Source: PVC group bacterium (GTDB lineage: Bacteria > GCA-001730085 > JADFSZ01). From it: a stretch of 11,139 nt of DNA. This document shows positions 6,985-11,139 of this stretch, in pieces (the stretch's first letter is position 1; each line of letters opens with the position of its first letter). Both the position numbers and the translations under genes were made by a program. The notes under the pieces were generated by a model. It was not told where the DNA came from, made no database searches, and worked only from the letters and a program-made list of their open reading frames with translations. The stretch lies in contig JADFSZ010000042.1 in assembly GCA_022560555.1 (NCBI GenBank), forward strand, positions 1 through 11,139. The letters run 5' to 3'.

Positions 6985-7009
6985 GATTCATAATTGAATC
7001 GCTTTTTTT
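6985..7009 (+). terminator. Short hairpin plus T-run, terminator-like only in plus sense
   Basis: gattca-taat-tgaatc (6-bp stem) followed by gcttttttt. In minus sense (the gene sense) the run is A-rich and upstream of the stem, so it would not terminate the mla transcript. The stem is weak and AT-rich. Confidence 0.25.
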
Positions 7010-7024
7010 AGTTTTCGTGTTTTT

Positions 7025-7055
7025 CGATTTACGATTTACGAATAACCATTTACGG
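7025..7055. repeat. ATTTAC-type heptad array (plus sense), right arm of intergenic element A
   Basis: cgattta|cgattta|cgaataa|ccattta|cgg. The reverse complement of 7046-7055 (ccgtaaatgg) matches 6921-6930 (ccgtaaatag) at 9 of 10 positions. The array ends 4 nt before the mlaE stop codon. Confidence 0.8.
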
Positions 7056-7059
7056 TTTT

Positions 7060-7875
7060 TTAGTACATGGCCAATGACATAAAAAAGTCCATAATGAGAA
7101 CCAGCATGCAGGACCAAACAACGGCCCCTGTAGCCGCTCGCCCAACACCCTGGGCACCGCCGGAAGTGTAAAATCCCTTGTAACAGCCGACAATGGCGAT
7201 AATACCTCCAAATACAATCGATTTGAACAATCCCGTCATAAGATCCCTGGGATCGACATAACTGAACATATGTAACAAGTAGTAATGCTTCACCACTCCG
7301 AGAATTTCCACGCTCAGTAAATAGGACGTAAAAATACCGATCGCATTTGTGAAAATCGTCAAAAGAGGCAGCATGATCAGACACGCGACAAATCTCGGAA
7401 TAACAAGATAATGAACAGGATTCGTCCCCAATGTATACAGAGCGTCAATTTGTTCCGTCACGCGCATCGTTCCCAGTTCCGCCGCCATACTCGCTCCCAC
7501 CCTCCCCGACAAAATCAGGGCGGTAACAAAGGGACCAAGTTCACGCATCAACGTGAGGCCGACAACCGTTCCGACTCCGGACTCAAGATCAAACTGACGA
7601 AACTGATAGTAGGACTGCACGGCCATCACCATTCCGATAAACGCTCCGGTATTTAAAATCACGGGCAACGACCCAACGCCGATGCCATAAAGTTGATCAA
7701 GGAACGGTTTGGAACGAAATCGATATTTCCTGACACCTAACAGAGCTTGAAAGCATAAAATGGACATTCCTCCTAGCTCACGCATAAAACGAATGACGTG
7801 AAAACCAAGATTTTCATGCCATGACCCTATAGCCCTAAGTCCTCTCATCTCCACCGCCCGAGTCCGGTTATTCAA
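7060..7875 (-). CDS. mlaE: ABC transporter permease, MlaE-like
   Basis: 271-aa polytopic membrane protein with the MlaE-type core (ELGPFVTALILSGRVGASMAAELGTMRVTEQIDAL). The start is ambiguous. TTG at 7875 overlaps the upstream stop (TTGA). The first ATG is at 7848 (MRGLRAIG...). Confidence 0.88.
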   Translation of the reverse strand: MNNRTRAVEMRGLRAIGSWHENLGFHVIRFMRELGGMSILCFQALLGVRKYRFRSKPFLDQLYGIGVGSLPVILNTGAFIGMVMAVQSYYQFRQFDLESGVGTVVGLTLMRELGPFVTALILSGRVGASMAAELGTMRVTEQIDALYTLGTNPVHYLVIPRFVACLIMLPLLTIFTNAIGIFTSYLLSVEILGVVKHYYLLHMFSYVDPRDLMTGLFKSIVFGGIIAIVGCYKGFYTSGGAQGVGRAATGAVVWSCMLVLIMDFFMSLAMY

Positions 7876-9770
7876 AATTTAATTTCTTTACCAATCCCCA
7901 TAAAGCTTTCTTCTTCTTTGATCTTAAACAAAAGATCGTTTCCGTCCTTCATTTCATATTCTAGATCAAGTAATGTTTCCCTGGCCCCTTGCCCTTCGCC
8001 TCCGGATGCACTGGAGCCCGCATGTCCGACGTCTCCAAATATATCCAATCCGATTTCCGGCTGCGGCTGATTAACAGTCCACTGTTCCCATTCTAATGAT
8101 TCTCCCACATGCTCAATCTTTAAGCTTGAAAAAATATCCGATTGAGTTAGATCAATAGTGTCTTTGAGTAGAAAGTAATCATTTTCCCTGATAATCCTTG
8201 CGTCCTGCAATACAAGGATAGGCCCATTCCAAGTAAAATCAAATATCATTTTTTTGAATTCAGATATCATTCCAATGCTCCCGTTTTCAATAACAAAAGC
8301 TCCCTTTCCTCCTAAAAAAGGAGACACGCCTTCGATCGAAAGAGATCCATCAACTTGTCCCCCGAGATGCGCAGCCCCTCTGCCTTTCATCACAAGAGGC
8401 TTCATAACGGACAGATCAGCATTCTCACAAGTAAACATAAGGTTATACCGAGGATGATTCGGCTCAAATTCAATTTGTCCGTTGAGGCTTACATGATCCC
8501 CTCTCGCTTCATAAATACGTATTCCTCGTTCATTAAAATGAAAATCAACGAAAATATCACTGAGCATAGAGTCATTTAATTTAAGCCGAGACAAATATAT
8601 TTTAGAGTGATTGTTTTTCATTTCCTCCGATTGGGATTGGTATAATATTTCACACAAAAGCCTTCCCTCAAGAGATATATTATTGTAGACTTTTTCTCTA
8701 ATCAGAAAATCCATATCAACGGAGGCAAAGTTTATGAGACCGTTCAAAACGATTCGACCCAATCCGGATTCAATCTTGAACTCCTCCAAACGTATCCCGC
8801 CCTCATACCAGGCATGCCCCTTTAAGATTGTCTTGTTCTCATTAACGCGCGACCCTCTGGCCCACATGTCCCCTTTAATCAAAAGCTTTTTATAAGGCCC
8901 CGATATTTTCAGTTGGCCTTCCTGGTATAAGCCTTCGAATGACAGGTCCAAATCAATCGATAAGTTGCCGCCCTCATTTGAAATGATTCCATGTCCCTCA
9001 ACCAAAATATATTTTGCGTAAAGCTTCACATTCTCTATGCTCACATTGAACATCCCGTTTTTGCGGGTCAGTTTCATATCAACGGAGCCAAGAGCTTTCG
9101 TGGAACCGAGACCTGTAACATTATTCATGATTTGGCCGAAGTCAATATTGCTTATCGATACAAAAATATCAAAATCCCCGGTGGCAGAATCAACAACCCC
9201 CTTCAGCAGAAAACGATTTACGCTCAATTCATTATCATGATTTGTGAAAACAAAATGCAGCTCATCATCTTCTCCCGGGGCCAAACGCCCCCAGATATTT
9301 TTCATCTCTAAGAGCTCTTGCCCGCTCTCCTGCACTAAAACCATACTCGCGTCTTGGACCTCAATACTTTGAGTTAAACTTGTTTCACCTAAATCCTTAA
9401 GTAATAGCTCTAATCCGTCTTTAAAGTTCCCGTTTTTCACATAAATACGCGCCCCGACAACCCGAACGCGATTTAAAATATCGGGGTCTCCTCCTAAATA
9501 CTCAAAAATATTAAAGTCGGATATTATAGTTTTAACGGACATGGAGGTCAAAAAAAGATAACGTGTCAAATTCATATCAACGTTTGATAACCGCAGGGTT
9601 TTAATAAAATCCGTCTGCACCCTGCCAATAGAGAGAAAACCCTCATCGGCTTCCTTAAAATGACGAGAGAGTTCGTTTGAAATGCGGGTAGTGATGTACA
9701 GATTAAGCGCGGTAAAAACTATCGTAAGCAGAACCGCGCAAATGATTCCCAAAAGTAAACGCTTGAGCAT
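7872..9770 (-). CDS. Membrane-anchored AsmA/TamB-like protein (putative bridge-type lipid transport / envelope assembly protein)
   Basis: 632 aa. One N-terminal TM helix (LLLGIICAVLLTIVFTALNLYI), then the AsmA/TamB-style start (FLSIGRVQTDFIKTLRLSNVDMNL). The body is long and beta-rich with repeated G-x-hydrophobic strands. The C-terminus LDLEYEMKDGNDLLFKIKEEESFMGIGKEIKF resembles a DUF490/TamB tail ending in an aromatic residue. RBS AAGAGGA lies upstream of the ATG. The family call comes from architecture, not from a search. Confidence 0.6.
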   Translation of the reverse strand: MLKRLLLGIICAVLLTIVFTALNLYITTRISNELSRHFKEADEGFLSIGRVQTDFIKTLRLSNVDMNLTRYLFLTSMSVKTIISDFNIFEYLGGDPDILNRVRVVGARIYVKNGNFKDGLELLLKDLGETSLTQSIEVQDASMVLVQESGQELLEMKNIWGRLAPGEDDELHFVFTNHDNELSVNRFLLKGVVDSATGDFDIFVSISNIDFGQIMNNVTGLGSTKALGSVDMKLTRKNGMFNVSIENVKLYAKYILVEGHGIISNEGGNLSIDLDLSFEGLYQEGQLKISGPYKKLLIKGDMWARGSRVNENKTILKGHAWYEGGIRLEEFKIESGLGRIVLNGLINFASVDMDFLIREKVYNNISLEGRLLCEILYQSQSEEMKNNHSKIYLSRLKLNDSMLSDIFVDFHFNERGIRIYEARGDHVSLNGQIEFEPNHPRYNLMFTCENADLSVMKPLVMKGRGAAHLGGQVDGSLSIEGVSPFLGGKGAFVIENGSIGMISEFKKMIFDFTWNGPILVLQDARIIRENDYFLLKDTIDLTQSDIFSSLKIEHVGESLEWEQWTVNQPQPEIGLDIFGDVGHAGSSASGGEGQGARETLLDLEYEMKDGNDLLFKIKEEESFMGIGKEIKF

Positions 9771-9785
9771 GGATCCTCTTTAGGT

Positions 9786-10619
9786 TCATGTACAGGCAAA
9801 TTCCAGTTTAGTTTTTTTACCGGAAACATGAATCTTACCGCCCTTCTTAGCTTCGCCCTTTAATATTAATTCGGATAGTTCATCTTCAAGATATTTCTGG
9901 ATGGCACGCTTCAGCGGTCTTGCCCCATATACATCATCATAGCCTTTTGATATAAGAAAATCCAAAGCGGATTTTGACAAATCAATTTTGATGTTCTTTT
10001 CTTTAAGGCGCTCGGAAACAAATCCAATTTCGTTTTTGATAATACATGATAGATCCTCACGCGACAAACCGCGAAAAACCAGAATATCATCAAGACGATT
10101 GAGGAATTCGGGACGAAACGTCTTTTTGACTTCATCCATAAGACGCTCTTTCATTTTATCATGTGCATCGGCTTGAGATTCTTTCGCTGAAAAACCAACG
10201 GATTTTTGTTTTTTAATCAGATCCGCTCCGACATTCGACGTCATAATCAAAATCGTATTCTTAAAGCTGACCAGTCTTCCGAAATTGTCCGTGAGACGGC
10301 CGTCTTCCATAACTTGCAATAAAATATTAAACACATCCGGATGGGCCTTTTCGATTTCATCGAACAATACAACCGAATAGGGTCTTCGCCTGACTTTTTC
10401 CGCTAATTGCCCGCCTTCTTCATAGCCGACATAGCCCGGAGGAGCCCCAATGAGGCGGGAAACCGCAAACTTTTCCATGTATTCGGACATATCTATTTCG
10501 ATCATGCTGTCCTCATTGCCGAACAGAAATTCCGCTAAGACACGAGCCAAAAATGTCTTCCCGACTCCGGTCGGCCCCAGAAAAAGGAAGGACCCTGTCG
10601 GCCGCTTAGGATCTACCAT
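9786..10619 (-). CDS. clpC: ClpC-type AAA+ chaperone, D2 ATPase and C-terminal portion (downstream piece of a frame-split gene)
   Basis: [20 protein letters not shown] (Walker A), [29 protein letters not shown] (Walker B / sensor 1), [11 protein letters not shown] (sensor 2). This frame is open upstream to 10655 and there encodes [11 protein letters not shown], which belongs to the same protein. Confidence 0.85.
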   Translation of the reverse strand: MVDPKRPTGSFLFLGPTGVGKTFLARVLAEFLFGNEDSMIEIDMSEYMEKFAVSRLIGAPPGYVGYEEGGQLAEKVRRRPYSVVLFDEIEKAHPDVFNILLQVMEDGRLTDNFGRLVSFKNTILIMTSNVGADLIKKQKSVGFSAKESQADAHDKMKERLMDEVKKTFRPEFLNRLDDILVFRGLSREDLSCIIKNEIGFVSERLKEKNIKIDLSKSALDFLISKGYDDVYGARPLKRAIQKYLEDELSELILKGEAKKGGKIHVSGKKTKLEFACT

Positions 10620-11139
10620 ACCTGCGCGGGAACGGCGGACACATTTGGATATACTTCAATAATATTACTTTGACCTATGACACGTTTTTTTAATACATCT
10701 CCCATCTGCATCAAACGTTTTGTCTCTTCTTCGGTCAATTCAGTTAAAGGAACGCCCGTCATTTTTGAAACAATCATGGCCACATCCTCGGCCGTTACGA
10801 CGGCATCTAATTCATTCTTCGCGTCCTTCCATCCCTTGCGCATGGTATCGAGCTCAGTTTTGACATTTTTTTCCTTATCACGCAGCTTGGCCGCCATTTC
10901 GAAATCTTGATTTTTAATGGAGGATTCTTTTTCGCTTTTGATTTTCTGAATGCGTTCTTCAAACTCTTTAATATTCGGAGGCGCGCTGGTGACCGCAAGA
11001 CGAACCTTTGAACCGGCTTCATCAATCACATCAATGGCTTTATCCGGCAAAAACCGCCCTGTAATGTAGCGATCGGACAATTTTACGGCAGCTTCAATGG
11101 CCTCATCCAATATCTTGGCGCGGTGATGAGCTTCGAGCC
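10613..11139 (-). CDS. clpC: ClpC-type AAA+ chaperone, end of D1 plus UVR-containing middle linker (upstream piece, partial at right edge)
   Basis: My translation is open to the window edge: [47 protein letters not shown] (D1 small domain). It continues with the UVR-type linker [17 protein letters not shown] and then RVIGQ. The frame ends at TAG 10613..10615 after out-of-frame residues. Confidence 0.85.
   Translation of the reverse strand, partial: LEAHHRAKILDEAIEAAVKLSDRYITGRFLPDKAIDVIDEAGSKVRLAVTSAPPNIKEFEERIQKIKSEKESSIKNQDFEMAAKLRDKEKNVKTELDTMRKGWKDAKNELDAVVTAEDVAMIVSKMTGVPLTELTEEETKRLMQMGDVLKKRVIGQSNIIEVYPNVSAVPAQVW

Noticed and set aside
6985-7009. Hairpin plus T-run as terminator separating mlaE and mlaF transcripts
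   Set aside because: The T-run follows the stem only in plus sense, which is antisense to the genes. In gene sense it is an A-run preceding the stem. I kept it as a low-confidence feature, but it is not evidence that the mla genes are separate transcription units.
5077-7055. CRISPR array or other long-period repeat system
   Set aside because: The repeats have a 7-nt period with no unique spacers of 25-40 nt between conserved 25-40-nt units, and no cas-like ORF is present. They are microsatellite-like heptads, not CRISPR.
6914-7384. 156-aa minus-strand ORF overlapping mlaE and the mlaE-mlaF spacer
   Set aside because: It is out of frame with the well-supported MlaE sequence. Its product is low-complexity and Cys/Arg/Tyr-rich with no motif. 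Its tail is simply the heptad repeat read through. I also considered its last 25 codons (MNQIILKRITFSFAIYHLPLSIYGI, stop 2 nt before the mlaF ATG) as a leader peptide, but no RBS precedes that ATG.
10640-10660. Programmed -1 ribosomal frameshift in clpC
   Set aside because: The frame change is formally -1, but the junction (gaa gta tat cc) has no slippery X-XXY-YYZ heptamer. I also could not see an obvious downstream stem or pseudoknot. A 1-nt deletion or sequence error is the simpler explanation.

Overview
All supportable genes in this roughly 42% GC bacterial window lie on the minus strand, in one co-directional array. In transcription order (right to left) they are: clpC (enters from the right edge, apparently split by a 1-nt frameshift), a 632-aa membrane-anchored AsmA/TamB-like protein, mlaE, mlaF, mlaD (MCE), radA, gltX, a secreted hypothetical protein, a small DUF4404-like protein, a CaCA-family cation/Ca2+ antiporter, and the first 24 codons of a ThiL-like gene leaving the left edge. 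I found no tRNA, rRNA, CRISPR array, transposase or integrase. Three things deserve a second look. (1) A bridge-type (TamB-like) lipid-transport protein is tightly coupled to a minimal MlaE-MlaF-MlaD set, with no MlaA, MlaB or MlaC in the window, and this block sits between clpC and radA. (2) Every long intergenic spacer carries period-7 tandem heptanucleotide arrays arranged as facing inverted clusters. This includes a 15-nt exact repeat with conserved spacing directly upstream of the two genes that lack a Shine-Dalgarno sequence (radA and mlaF). (3) clpC is interrupted by a single-base frame break although all its motifs are intact. Functional calls rest on motifs I can read in the translations. 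No database search was run.
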